A stretch of DNA of 64,000 nucleotides from Candidatus Woesearchaeota archaeon (GCA_964396475.1 CAYNFE010000002.1:40306-104305), one strand, 5' to 3'; positions 1 through 8,632 are shown, numbered from the stretch's first letter. Numbers and translations are program-made. Notes: generated from the sequence alone by a model not told the origin.

Positions 1-1
1 A

Positions 2-49
2 TCAAAAGAAGATTTGTTGAAAGAACTTAAAGAAGCATATAATTTATAG
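2..49 (+). CDS. 3' end of an upstream CDS (partial, C-terminus only)
   Basis: Open frame from the window edge reading ...SKEDLLKELKEAYNL then TAG at 47-49. There is no start codon in the window. Confidence 0.2.
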   Translation, partial: SKEDLLKELKEAYNL

Positions 50-112
50 CAACGATAGATTTAAATATTTGAAATGAAAAAATAATATATAAATAAGTGA
101 AAAAAAGATAAA

Positions 113-934
113 ATGGGTGAATCAATAGGTATTTTGTCAATAAAAGGTGGTGTAGGAAAGACAACTACAACTGTTTCTTTGGGAGCAGCCTTGGCTCAAC
201 AAGGTAAAAATGTTTTATTGATAGATGGAAATTTTTCTGCTCCAAATCTTGCTTTACATTTAGGTATAGTACAGCCAGAAATCTCTTTGTTTGATGTTTT
301 GAAGGGAAAGGCTAACGCATTAGGAGCTATACAAGAGACTGATTATGGGTTTGATGTTATTGGTGGAAGATTAAACATGAAAAAAGTGTTCTATCCAGAT
401 TATCTAAGATTAAAGCAGAAAATCCAGCATTTGAAGTATCATTATGATGTTATTCTAATAGACAGCTCTCCAACATTAGATCATGAAACTTTATCAGCTA
501 TGATGGCTTCTGATAGACTTTTAATAGTAACTACTCCTGATCATGCAACTCTTTCATGTACTATGCATGCAGTTAATGTAGCTAAAAAAAAGAAAGTTCC
601 TATAGCTGGAATTATCTTAAATAGGGTTTATGGCAAGAAATTTGAATTAAGTTTGGAACAAATAGAAAAGATGACAGGAGTTCCAGTCTTAGCAGTTATT
701 CCTCATGATATTAATATTCTTGAAGCATTATCAGAACTAAAGCCAAGTACTTTCGAAACAAAAGAGAATGAGGCTGTAGTTGAATATAAGAAATTGGCTG
801 CTTTTTTAATTGGGGAGAGTTATGAAGATAAAAGATTCAGTACAAAATTAAGAAGCTTTTTCTCAAAAAAAGTTCCAAAACAAGAAGTCAACAGACAGAC
901 AAGAAATAAAAAACATAGAATCAAACATAAATAA
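113..934 (+). CDS. ParA/MinD-family P-loop ATPase
   Basis: Deviant Walker A KGGVGKTTT near the N-terminus. Length and layout match the MinD/ParA/Mrp family. Confidence 0.85.
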   Translation: MGESIGILSIKGGVGKTTTTVSLGAALAQQGKNVLLIDGNFSAPNLALHLGIVQPEISLFDVLKGKANALGAIQETDYGFDVIGGRLNMKKVFYPDYLRLKQKIQHLKYHYDVILIDSSPTLDHETLSAMMASDRLLIVTTPDHATLSCTMHAVNVAKKKKVPIAGIILNRVYGKKFELSLEQIEKMTGVPVLAVIPHDINILEALSELKPSTFETKENEAVVEYKKLAAFLIGESYEDKRFSTKLRSFFSKKVPKQEVNRQTRNKKHRIKHK

Positions 935-1142
935 TTTCTATAATTTTCTCATGACTTTTCTGGCCTTTTATTATTCTAATTTTTGATTTAGGAATATTAA
1001 AATGTTCAGCAAGAATCTCTATTAATCTTTTATTGGCCTTTCCTTTCTGGGCTGGAGCATCTACTTTAACTTTCAATAAATTTTTTTCTTGGATAACTTC
1101 AGCTTTTTTTGCGTTTGGAATTACCTTGATTTTTATTTTCAT
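921..1142 (-). CDS. DUF167 (YggU-like) small protein
   Basis: 73 aa, with the pattern LKVKVDAPAQKGKANKRLIEILAEHFNIPKSKIRIIKGQKSHEKI. This matches the conserved VKV.APP.DG.AN..L...L......KS...I..G..S..K signature of the YggU family. Confidence 0.65.
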   Translation of the reverse strand: MKIKIKVIPNAKKAEVIQEKNLLKVKVDAPAQKGKANKRLIEILAEHFNIPKSKIRIIKGQKSHEKIIEIIYV

Positions 1143-1158
1143 TTTTTAAAGTAAAGCA

Positions 1159-1231
1159 AGCCGCGGGTGGGAATTGAACCCATAACCTATTGCTTACGAA
1201 GCAATTGCTCTACCAGTTGAGCTACCGCGGC
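1159..1231 (-). tRNA. tRNA-Thr (anticodon CGT)
   Basis: The reverse complement folds as GCCGCGG-TA-GCTC...GAGC-A-ATTGC-TTCGTAA-GCAAT-AGGTT-ATGGG-TTCAATT-CCCAC-CCGCGGC-T. The 7-bp acceptor stem is perfect and the anticodon loop reads U-CGU-AA. Length is 73 nt. Confidence 0.85.
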
Positions 1232-1257
1232 ATAAAATTAATAAATAAGAATAGTTT

Positions 1258-2055
1258 TTATTTTTTCTCTTTCCTTGTTTTCGTCATTCTAAGTTTCTTT
1301 GTAATCAGTTCCTTAATCTTCTCTTTTTTTTCTTTCTCTCTTTTATCTTTTCTTGGTTTCTCTTCTTCAATTTCATAGAAATCACTGGCCTTCAATTTCT
1401 TTTTTATTTTTCTCTTTTTTAAATAGAGTTTAGCAATTATGTAAAAAACAAGACCTATGCTTTTTGAAGATTTATTATTGCAAGGAACTACAAGGTCTAG
1501 ATAGTCTACCATATTGTTTGTATCACATAGACCAATAATAGGAATATGAATCTTAACAGCATCCTTTAAAACATTTTTATCTAGCCAGGGATCTGTTACA
1601 AAAACAACTTCTGGTTCAAAGAAATTTTCTAAATCAGGGTTAGTAATCATTCCAGGGGGATATTTTCTAAAGATTTTTATATTAGTAGCCTCACCGAAAG
1701 CTTCAAGAGCTTTTTGCCCAGCATCTCTTTTACAACATAAAATAATATGCTCTGGCTCATAATTAGCTAGAAAATTAGCTGCTAGAGCAATCTTCTCATC
1801 AATCTTTTTAGTGTTAAGGACAGCAATACCATCAGCTTTTCTTCTGTAAACATACTGGCGCATTCCCGGAGTGACTGCTCGAGTTCCTAGATGAACAGCT
1901 GTTTTAATATAATCTTCTAAAGGAACTAGTAATTCTTCTTTTTCTTTTGTTTTCTTCTTCTCTTCTTTACCTTCTTCTTTATCTTCTTCCTTATCCTTCT
2001 GTCCTTCTTCAGATTCTTCTTTGTGTTTTGTCTCTTCTTTCTTTTTTCTTGGCAT
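1258..2055 (-). CDS. rps2: ribosomal protein uS2 (S2/SA family) with Lys/Glu-rich N- and C-terminal extensions
   Basis: The core LLVPLEDYIKTAVHLGTRAVTPGMRQYVYRRKADGIAVLNTKKIDEKIALAANFL...VFVTDP...IPIIGLCDTN matches archaeal/eukaryotic S2 (SA). The termini are low-complexity K/E-rich. Confidence 0.75.
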   Translation of the reverse strand: MPRKKKEETKHKEESEEGQKDKEEDKEEGKEEKKKTKEKEELLVPLEDYIKTAVHLGTRAVTPGMRQYVYRRKADGIAVLNTKKIDEKIALAANFLANYEPEHIILCCKRDAGQKALEAFGEATNIKIFRKYPPGMITNPDLENFFEPEVVFVTDPWLDKNVLKDAVKIHIPIIGLCDTNNMVDYLDLVVPCNNKSSKSIGLVFYIIAKLYLKKRKIKKKLKASDFYEIEEEKPRKDKREKEKKEKIKELITKKLRMTKTRKEKK

Positions 2056-2094
2056 TTTAATTTAAGATGAAAGCAATTTAAAAAGCTTATGAAA

Positions 2095-2176
2095 CGCCGG
2101 GACTGGGATTCGAACCCAGATATCCTTGCGGAAACAAGGTTAGCAACCTTGCGCCTTACCATTGGGCCATCCCGGC
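2095..2176 (-). tRNA. tRNA-Ser (anticodon GCT)
   Basis: The reverse complement is GCCGGGA-TG-GCC...GGC-CAAGG-TTGCTAA-CCTTG followed by a 15-nt variable arm (TTTCCGCAAGGATAT), then CTGGG-TTCGAAT-CCCAG-TCCCGGC-G. The long variable arm and GCT anticodon indicate Ser. Length is 82 nt. Confidence 0.85.
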
Positions 2177-2209
2177 ATATGATAAAGAAGAAATCAGAAC
2201 TTTTAAACT

Positions 2210-2446
2210 TTATTTTTCTCTTTCAATAATTTTATACTTTCTATCAAATTTTCTCTGTTTGATTAAAGAAATAGCTCCTTCAACAATCAAACCTAAACCA
2301 GCCAAGAACCAAAACCAATCAGAAGAAAAATCATAAATTCCTGTTACTTTAATCAGAGCACTAAAAGCAAGAATAAATCCTACTATAATAAAAATTTCAT
2401 AACGCCAAAAATTATTAATTTTTTTAAGTTTTGTTCTCATAGTCAA
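2210..2446 (-). CDS. small membrane protein (2 predicted TM helices), hypothetical
   Basis: 78 aa with two hydrophobic stretches (IFIIVGFILAFSALI and FWFLAGLGLIVEGAISLI). No family recognised. Confidence 0.4.
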   Translation of the reverse strand: MTMRTKLKKINNFWRYEIFIIVGFILAFSALIKVTGIYDFSSDWFWFLAGLGLIVEGAISLIKQRKFDRKYKIIEREK

Positions 2447-2476
2447 ATAAGAAAAATATTCTTTTTATAAATCTTT

Positions 2477-2719
2477 TTATTTTTTATTTTTTCTTTTCTT
2501 TTCAATTAATCTCTCAGCTCTCTTTATCATATCTTTTTTCAGACCAATAAAGCAACCACCCTCTTTACCAGCACAATATGTTGCTTCACCTGGCTTGATT
2601 ATCTTTGCTATTTCTGGACTCTCTATATCTATATGTGTTATTCTTGCTCTTGCTTTTCCTTTTTCATGCAGATAAACCTTACATTTGATAGGATGCTTAC
2701 CTTCAGCTTTGCCTGTCAT
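2477..2719 (-). CDS. hypothetical small basic protein
   Basis: 80-aa ORF with a Lys-rich C-terminus. No recognisable motif. Confidence 0.35.
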   Translation of the reverse strand: MTGKAEGKHPIKCKVYLHEKGKARARITHIDIESPEIAKIIKPGEATYCAGKEGGCFIGLKKDMIKRAERLIEKKRKNKK

Positions 2720-2769
2720 AAAAAAACTAAGCAGAAAAGATATTTAAAGTTTTCATAATTAAGCTTAAG

Positions 2770-2937
2770 ATGAAAAAAACAAATAAAAATTATGATTTAA
2801 ATCTACCAATTCTTTATCTTATAGATGCAACTAGCATTCGATATGGCTGTAAGAGTGTTGAAGAAACTATTGATAAGATAAAAGAACTGACTGGTTTAAA
2901 AAGTTTAGAAAAAATAAAAAAAGAAATTATGCTTTAA
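2770..2937 (+). CDS. hypothetical small protein (55 aa)
   Basis: Hand-translated ORF MKKTNKNYDLNLPILYLIDATSIRYGCKSVEETIDKIKELTGLKSLEKIKKEIML, lying between a CDS and a tRNA region. It is below the ORF-track length cutoff. Confidence 0.25.
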   Translation: MKKTNKNYDLNLPILYLIDATSIRYGCKSVEETIDKIKELTGLKSLEKIKKEIML

Positions 2938-2949
2938 GACTTTAGATTA

Positions 2950-3025
2950 GGGAGCCATAATGTAGTTTAGCATAGTATTCGTGCTTAGGGCGCATGCGAC
3001 GGGGGTTCAAATCCTTCTAGCCACA
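2950..3025 (+). other. tRNA-like element (canonical T-arm and 3' acceptor strand, but no matching 5' acceptor/D-arm): degenerate, split or non-canonical-intron tRNA candidate
   Basis: GGGGG-TTCAAAT-CCTTC followed by TAGCCAC-A at 3001-3025 forms a tRNA-like T-arm plus acceptor 3' strand. The only upstream partner is GTGCTTA at 2981-2987, pairing 6 of 7 positions, with a 13-nt GC-rich linker containing the palindrome CGCATGCG. The whole span is 76 nt. Confidence 0.3.
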
Positions 3026-3074
3026 TCTAAACACATCATAACATTTAAAAGAATTCTCAGGGTAATATTATTAT

Positions 3075-3150
3075 AGCGGGGTGGAGCAGTCTGGAGTGCT
3101 CGCAGGGCCCATAACCCTGAGGTCGCGTGGTTCAAATCCCGCCCCCGCTA
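3075..3150 (+). tRNA. initiator tRNA-Met (anticodon CAT)
   Basis: AGCGGGG-TG-GAGC..GCTC-G-CAGGG-CCCATAA-CCCTG-AGGTC-GCG(T)GG-TTCAAAT-CCCGC-CCCCGCT-A. The A1:U72 pair and three G:C pairs closing the anticodon stem are archaeal initiator hallmarks. The T-stem appears to carry one bulged U. Confidence 0.8.
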
Positions 3151-3159
3151 TCAATAAAA

Positions 3160-3837
3160 ATGTTCTACATAGGAATAGATGAAGCAGGAAGAGGGCCTGT
3201 TCTCGGACCAATGATTCTTGCTGGTGTATTAGCTGATGAAAGAGAGATAACAAAATTCAAGGAGCTAGATGTAAAAGACTCTAAGATGGTAATTCCTAAA
3301 AGAAGAGAATTTCTGGCAAGAGAGATAAAGAAAATAGCTCTTGGTTATCACATTATAAAAATAAATCCTGAAGAAATAGATGAAAAAATAGATCATAAAG
3401 TTAATTTGAATAAAATTGAGGCACTAAAAGCAGCTGAAATCATAAATATTTTAATGAAAAAGGTTCCTGAAGCTGAAATTATAGTTGATTGTCCCTCTCC
3501 TAACACAAGAGCATGGCAAAATTATCTATATGAACATTTACATGACAAAAACAAGATTAGATTAAAATGCGAGCATAAGGCTGATATTAATTATCTTGTT
3601 GTGAGTGCTGCATCAATTTTAGCAAAAGTCACAAGAGATTATGAGGTTGAAAAGATAAAAAAACAATATGATATTAAGTGTGGAAGTGGTTATCCTTCTG
3701 ATCCTGTATGTCAGAAATTTTTAGAGACAGACAAAGCAAGAGAGATGGCTAAACTAGGTTTGATAAGAAAGTCTTGGGCAACTTGGAAAAATGAAGTGAA
3801 AAAGAAAGGGCAGAGAAAACTTCTAGAATTCAGTTAA
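3160..3837 (+). CDS. rnhB: ribonuclease HII
   Basis: Starts MFYIGIDEAGRGPVLGPMILAGV (DEAGRG active-site motif). About 225 aa, typical for archaeal RNase HII. The start was reassigned from the ORF-track 3127 because that ORF begins inside the tRNA. The chosen ATG lies 10 nt after the tRNA 3' end. Confidence 0.85.
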   Translation: MFYIGIDEAGRGPVLGPMILAGVLADEREITKFKELDVKDSKMVIPKRREFLAREIKKIALGYHIIKINPEEIDEKIDHKVNLNKIEALKAAEIINILMKKVPEAEIIVDCPSPNTRAWQNYLYEHLHDKNKIRLKCEHKADINYLVVSAASILAKVTRDYEVEKIKKQYDIKCGSGYPSDPVCQKFLETDKAREMAKLGLIRKSWATWKNEVKKKGQRKLLEFS

Positions 3838-6291
3838 TTTTTTTTGATCTTTTATGAGTATATCTTCTTTTTTTATGCCAAAGACTTCAAAAATGTTCTC
3901 AACTGCTGGCAAGATTTGATGCTCTAAATAATACTTGATATTATACTCTCCTTTTTCATCAGGAAGTTTTACTTTCTCCCTTACTAAAGATTTTTTTAAT
4001 CTTGTTTCAGCTATAAAATATTCTATTAACATACCCATATCAACAGGAGTTCCGCTCTTTTTCATTTTTTCAGCAGCTATGACATGAGGAGTTCTTGCTT
4101 TGTATTCAGAAAGAGGTTTTTTTAATTGAGTTCTGATAAGTATTTCATCTCTTGAAACTCTTCTTTTCTTTAAATCATCTACTGTTTTTTGTAAAATTTG
4201 AAAGGCTTTTTTTTCATTACCATCTTTAAGTATCCTCTGTAAGATATCATTTTGAAGATTTCTGACTAGATTACACCAATCTCTCCTGACAGTTTCAAAA
4301 CCTCTTATTTTTAACTTACCTCTTTCATTTATAAGAGCATATTTTTTCTTTGCTCCAAAACCTCCTGCCCTTTTAGTCACCCAAATTCCTCTTTTGTAAA
4401 AATCCTCAAGTTCAAGTTCCATTATTCCTGGAAGTTCAGAATTTAATTTTTTAAGAAATTTAAGAGTTTCAGTTCTTTTTTTATTTTTTAATTGAAAAGC
4501 CACACTATCAGTATCACCATAAATAACATTATAACCTGCATTTCTTGTTTTATCTATAGTTTCTTTATTAAATTTTCTAACAAAGGCAAGAATCGAGGCA
4601 GATGATTCAAGAGAGTAGTAGCGGGCCCCAAAAAAACCTATATAACCATGAACTGCAGCTGATAATAGTTTGAATGCATTGCTCCTTGCTTTAGTTATAG
4701 GATTTGGATTTTCTTTGTATTCTCGTTTAACTTTCTTTCTTTTTTCTATGAGTTCTTTAAACATCATAGGGAAAAATCCTGGTTTTTTTGAAAAATAAAA
4801 TCTTGTTTTTTTACCTGCAAATTCAACTTCAGGAGATTCATAAGAGTTTTTCTCTCTCTTCTTTAGTAATGTTGCTTTAGAAATATTAAAAGAAACTATT
4901 ATGCTTGTATGCATGCTTGTAAAATCAAATATAGCAAGATTTTCATATAAACCTGCTTTTGGTTCTAAAACAAAAGCTCCTTCTACTCTTTTTCTTTGTC
5001 TTCTTTCTTTTATTTCATCATGTAGGGGGCGTTTTTCAGCAATTTCATTATAATTATTAAGCTGATGTAAAATATAATCCTCTAATAAATGGGCCATTGA
5101 ACTTCTTGTTATCTCAAAAAGAGGTTCTTGTATGATTCTGCTGAATTCTATCATATCTGGCCAGAATTTTTCTGCTAATTTATATGTCAAAATAGAATCT
5201 TGAAGATTATATTCAAAATAATTCTCCCACTCATGTTCTTTTATTTTAGAAGAGTGTTTATGATTAAATTCTTTTTTTCCTTCTCCTAATAGTTCGTAAG
5301 CCACATCATTCAAACCTAAAGTCTCTGACTGTAAATATTGAGAATAGACTGTCTCTATAAACCTAAATAAGTCAACATGAACTATTCCAGTTATCTTTGC
5401 TTTTGGAATCCTTCCTCTAAAAAAAGATGGCTGACTTTTATCTAAACCTAATGAAAGTTTAATTTTATTTTTCTCAGCTCTGGCTTTTAAATATGGAATA
5501 TCAAAACCATCACTAAAATAACCAACAAGAACATCAGGAGAGATTTTATTCACATAATCAATAAAAGCTTCAAGCATTTCTGCTTCACTCTTAAAATATT
5601 CAACATAAGTGGGCTTCTTTAAACTTTTCTTGCATGTCAGAACTTTTTTAAAATTATCAGATACAAGAGATATCATTAAAATCTCTCCTTTTCCTAATTC
5701 TAATTCATCTGATTCTATATCAAATGCTAAAATTTTAGGTTTGAATTTTTTATTTTCTATTTTTTCTATTTTTTCTACTTTTATACAAGTATCAATATCA
5801 AAAGCTGAATCTATACCACCAAATTCCGAAGAATTATTTAAAATTTCACCAGAGATCTTGCGCCAGGATAAGGGAATAAATTTTTTATCAATTATATATT
5901 TAGTTATCAAAGACATGTCATACTCTCTTCTTGCTTCAATTTCTTTAAAATCAAGTTTATTAGCTACTGGATGAGCATCTTTGTAGTTTGTTATAAAAAT
6001 TTTGAAAGCTTTTACTGATTTTCCTAGAAAATTTTTATCATGAATTTCTGTTTTTTTTACTTTGGTTATTCTTGAAGGAAGCTTAATCTCTATTTTATCT
6101 ATCTTTCTCTGTAATTCTTTGATTCTTCTATCAGAAATACCTTGTTTTAGAACAGCCCAAAGATAAGGTTCAAAATTATCTATTAGACAGACTCTTTTAC
6201 CTCTGTCATCCCTGCCTATAATTCGTACATAATTATGGCCTTGCCAGTCAAAATAGCCATAATCCAAGGGAATAAAATTAATTTGAACCAT
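3823..6291 (-). CDS. polB: family B DNA polymerase (PolB)
   Basis: Exonuclease motif ILAFDIESDE, polymerase motif C YGDTDS (NVIYGDTDSVAF) and a KKKYA-like motif (GAKKKYAL). Length is 822 aa. Confidence 0.9.
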   Translation of the reverse strand: MVQINFIPLDYGYFDWQGHNYVRIIGRDDRGKRVCLIDNFEPYLWAVLKQGISDRRIKELQRKIDKIEIKLPSRITKVKKTEIHDKNFLGKSVKAFKIFITNYKDAHPVANKLDFKEIEARREYDMSLITKYIIDKKFIPLSWRKISGEILNNSSEFGGIDSAFDIDTCIKVEKIEKIENKKFKPKILAFDIESDELELGKGEILMISLVSDNFKKVLTCKKSLKKPTYVEYFKSEAEMLEAFIDYVNKISPDVLVGYFSDGFDIPYLKARAEKNKIKLSLGLDKSQPSFFRGRIPKAKITGIVHVDLFRFIETVYSQYLQSETLGLNDVAYELLGEGKKEFNHKHSSKIKEHEWENYFEYNLQDSILTYKLAEKFWPDMIEFSRIIQEPLFEITRSSMAHLLEDYILHQLNNYNEIAEKRPLHDEIKERRQRKRVEGAFVLEPKAGLYENLAIFDFTSMHTSIIVSFNISKATLLKKREKNSYESPEVEFAGKKTRFYFSKKPGFFPMMFKELIEKRKKVKREYKENPNPITKARSNAFKLLSAAVHGYIGFFGARYYSLESSASILAFVRKFNKETIDKTRNAGYNVIYGDTDSVAFQLKNKKRTETLKFLKKLNSELPGIMELELEDFYKRGIWVTKRAGGFGAKKKYALINERGKLKIRGFETVRRDWCNLVRNLQNDILQRILKDGNEKKAFQILQKTVDDLKKRRVSRDEILIRTQLKKPLSEYKARTPHVIAAEKMKKSGTPVDMGMLIEYFIAETRLKKSLVREKVKLPDEKGEYNIKYYLEHQILPAVENIFEVFGIKKEDILIKDQKKLTEF

Positions 6292-6413
6292 ATAATAATC
6301 AAAACAAAGATACTTTTAAAATTTCTTTATTCAAAAAACGAAACATTTATAAATAAATTATCACTTATTAATAGTAACATAAATATTAAACAAAAAAGGA
6401 AAATAATGATAAA

Positions 6414-6734
6414 ATGAATAAAATAAAAGGATTAGGTGGATTAGCTGCTTTATTGACTTTAGCTATAGGTCTTTCTAGTACAAACTGTGATTTTATTGAT
6501 CCTGGAGTAAAAAGCAGGAGAATAGCAGAAAATCATGACCCTGCTAAAGCTGATACTGTTACAGTTAGAAGATATCAATCTTGGTCTGGTATAGCTAAAA
6601 GTATTTGTCCTGAAGGTGTTCATATAGATGATGTTGGAGCAGAAATGAAAAAATTAAATCCACAAATTAAGAGCATACATATGATTTATCCAGGACAAAA
6701 AATAGCAGTTCCTGATTATAGTACAAGAAAATAA
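6414..6734 (+). CDS. LysM-domain secreted protein or lipoprotein
   Basis: N-terminal signal sequence ending in a Cys (LTLAIGLSSTNC). C-terminal LysM-like block YQSWSGIAKSI...LNPQIKSIHMIYPGQKIAVP. Confidence 0.55.
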   Translation: MNKIKGLGGLAALLTLAIGLSSTNCDFIDPGVKSRRIAENHDPAKADTVTVRRYQSWSGIAKSICPEGVHIDDVGAEMKKLNPQIKSIHMIYPGQKIAVPDYSTRK

Positions 6735-6749
6735 AAATATTGAAATAAA

Positions 6750-7250
6750 ATGACAACAAAAAAACAAAAAAACCAGATGCTGGATTATTTAGTAGATAGA
6801 TTATTAAATTGTGGAAAAGATATTGTGCCTAGAACAAAAGAAATGATTTCTGGTATAGATTCAAATTATATTAAAGTTGGAGATGATGGGATTATTTTGC
6901 TTGTTGACCAGGTTTATCCTAATAATGCTTTAAATAAATTATACAGAAAAGCTAAAAAAGAAAGAGAAAATGTTGGTATGGTTTTATATAAAGATGGAAA
7001 AACTTTTTTTAGAAATGCAGCAGAAAAAAATTATTTTAAAATGAGAGAAGATCTCAGCTTAAGAAAATATAGTAATGATGAAATGCATAGGATGATATCT
7101 TTTAGACCAGAAGAGAATTTTATATATGATAAAAAAGAAAGAAAATTACAATATTTTCAACCAGATTCAGAGAGATTGCCTGAAGGCTTGATTACTTTTG
7201 AATTTAGACCAGTACATTTTGATTATGAACATATTGATCAAAGATTCTAG
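6750..7250 (+). CDS. hypothetical protein
   Basis: 166-aa ORF with good coding appearance. No family recognised. Confidence 0.45.
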   Translation: MTTKKQKNQMLDYLVDRLLNCGKDIVPRTKEMISGIDSNYIKVGDDGIILLVDQVYPNNALNKLYRKAKKERENVGMVLYKDGKTFFRNAAEKNYFKMREDLSLRKYSNDEMHRMISFRPEENFIYDKKERKLQYFQPDSERLPEGLITFEFRPVHFDYEHIDQRF

Positions 7251-7371
7251 TTTAAGCCAGATAATACTGATTCAAAAAGATTACATATTTGGGTGAAAAA
7301 AAACCTAAAGAATGGAAAATTAAGATTAGAAGATAAAGTACCTGACAAAGGAATTCTGAAAGAAAGATAAA

Positions 7372-7380
7372 TTTTTATAT
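7372..7380 (+). promoter_or_regulatory. TATA-like box (TTTTTATAT) 21-29 nt upstream of the fen ATG; leaderless-type promoter
   Basis: The AT-rich TATA-like element sits at the archaeal BRE/TATA distance if transcription starts at or near the ATG. Confidence 0.3.
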
Positions 7381-7400
7381 TTGAATTCTTTCCTGTTTTT

Positions 7401-8447
7401 ATGGGCCTTCAGATAAGTGAATTAGTTCCAAAAAAAGAGATAAAGCTTGAAGAATTGAGAGGAAAGATCATAGCTGTTGATGCTTTCAATATTCTTTATC
7501 AATTCTTAGCTAATATTAGACAAATAGATGGAACCCCTTTGATGGACAAGAAAAAGAGAGTCACTTCTCATCTTTCTGGACTTTTCTATAGAACCACTAA
7601 TCTGATGACTAAAGGTCTTAAATTAGTTTATGCTTTTGACGGTAAGCCTCCTAAGCTAAAAGAGAAAACAACAGAGAAGAGAGCAGAAAGAAAAGAAATA
7701 GCTAGAGAAAGATATGAAAAAGCTAAGGAAAAAGGTTCTGAGGCTGAAATGTTTAAGTGGTCTAGACAAACCCTAAGATTAAATGATGAGATGATTGATG
7801 AGAGTAAAGAATTGTTAAAAACATTAGGCTTGCCAGTTGTTCAAGCGCCTAGTGAAGGAGAAGCCCAATGTTCTCATATGGTTAAATACAAAGATGCTTA
7901 CACTGTTGCAAGCCAGGATTATGACTCTTTGCTTTTCGGAGCCACTAAACTTGTGCAAAATTTAACTCTTGCAAGAAAAAGACGTACATCAAGTGGAGCT
8001 TATGTTTCTATAAGTCCTATAATGATTGAGCTTGACAATGTCCTGAATTTCTTACAGATTAATCATGATCAACTAATCTGTCTTGGCATCTTAGTTGGAA
8101 CAGATTTTAATCCACAAGGAATTAAAAGTATAGGGCCTAAAAGAGCTTTACAGCTTGTCAAGACATATAAGCAGCCAGTCTTACTTTTCCAGGCTCTTGA
8201 TAAATTAGTTAATGAAGGTAAGATTCCAAAGCCAGAATTTGATTGGCAAGAAATTTTTTCTCTGTTTAAAAAACCAGATGTTAAGAAAGAATATAAGATT
8301 GAATTTAAAAAAGTGAATGAAGAAAAAGTTAGAGAATTATTATGTAAAGAACATGATTTTTCTGAAAATAGAGTTAATAATGCTTTGAAAAGAGTTGCAG
8401 ATTATGAAAAAGCTGCTAAACAAAAAGATCTCAAGAGCTTTTTCTAA
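7401..8447 (+). CDS. fen: flap endonuclease 1 (FEN-1)
   Basis: N-terminus MGLQISELVPKKEI...LRGKIIAVDAFNILYQFL, central GLPVVQAPSEGEAQC, and the H3TH region GILVGTDFNP...GIGPKRA all match FEN-1. Confidence 0.9.
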   Translation: MGLQISELVPKKEIKLEELRGKIIAVDAFNILYQFLANIRQIDGTPLMDKKKRVTSHLSGLFYRTTNLMTKGLKLVYAFDGKPPKLKEKTTEKRAERKEIARERYEKAKEKGSEAEMFKWSRQTLRLNDEMIDESKELLKTLGLPVVQAPSEGEAQCSHMVKYKDAYTVASQDYDSLLFGATKLVQNLTLARKRRTSSGAYVSISPIMIELDNVLNFLQINHDQLICLGILVGTDFNPQGIKSIGPKRALQLVKTYKQPVLLFQALDKLVNEGKIPKPEFDWQEIFSLFKKPDVKKEYKIEFKKVNEEKVRELLCKEHDFSENRVNNALKRVADYEKAAKQKDLKSFF

Positions 8448-8632
8448 CCTTTCTTAATCCCAATTATTAATGCTATCGCTCCTAGAATTGCTGTTATCCC
8501 AAAATATACTCTAGGATCTGCTGGAAATCTTGCAATTATTCCTGGTGTGAAATTGAAATTAAATGCCAAGCCTATCAAACTCACTGCTAAAACTATCAGA
8601 CCGAACAAAAATAACATTGGTTTTGGTCTCAT
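8444..8632 (-). CDS. small membrane protein, hypothetical
   Basis: 62 aa with two hydrophobic helices. Confidence 0.3.
   Translation of the reverse strand: MRPKPMLFLFGLIVLAVSLIGLAFNFNFTPGIIARFPADPRVYFGITAILGAIALIIGIKKG

Noticed and set aside
1190-1378. 62-aa ORF (+) overlapping tRNA-Thr and antisense to the uS2 gene
   Set aside because: It starts inside a tRNA gene. It translates low-complexity F/S-rich sequence from the antisense of the K/E-rich S2 tail. Spurious.
1926-2162. 78-aa ORF (-) spanning the S2 start region and tRNA-Ser
   Set aside because: It overlaps a confidently folded tRNA-Ser and the S2 N-terminus. Its K/R-rich translation is a frame artefact of AG-rich sequence.
3071-3253. 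60-aa ORF (-) antisense across the initiator tRNA and the rnhB start
   Set aside because: It overlaps a tRNA and the conserved RNase HII N-terminus on the opposite strand.
5609-5974. 121-aa ORF antisense inside polB, and similar antisense ORFs inside cdc48 (54852..55282, 55619..56260), leuS, topA and others
   Set aside because: They lie fully within long, motif-validated genes on the opposite strand and have no independent support.
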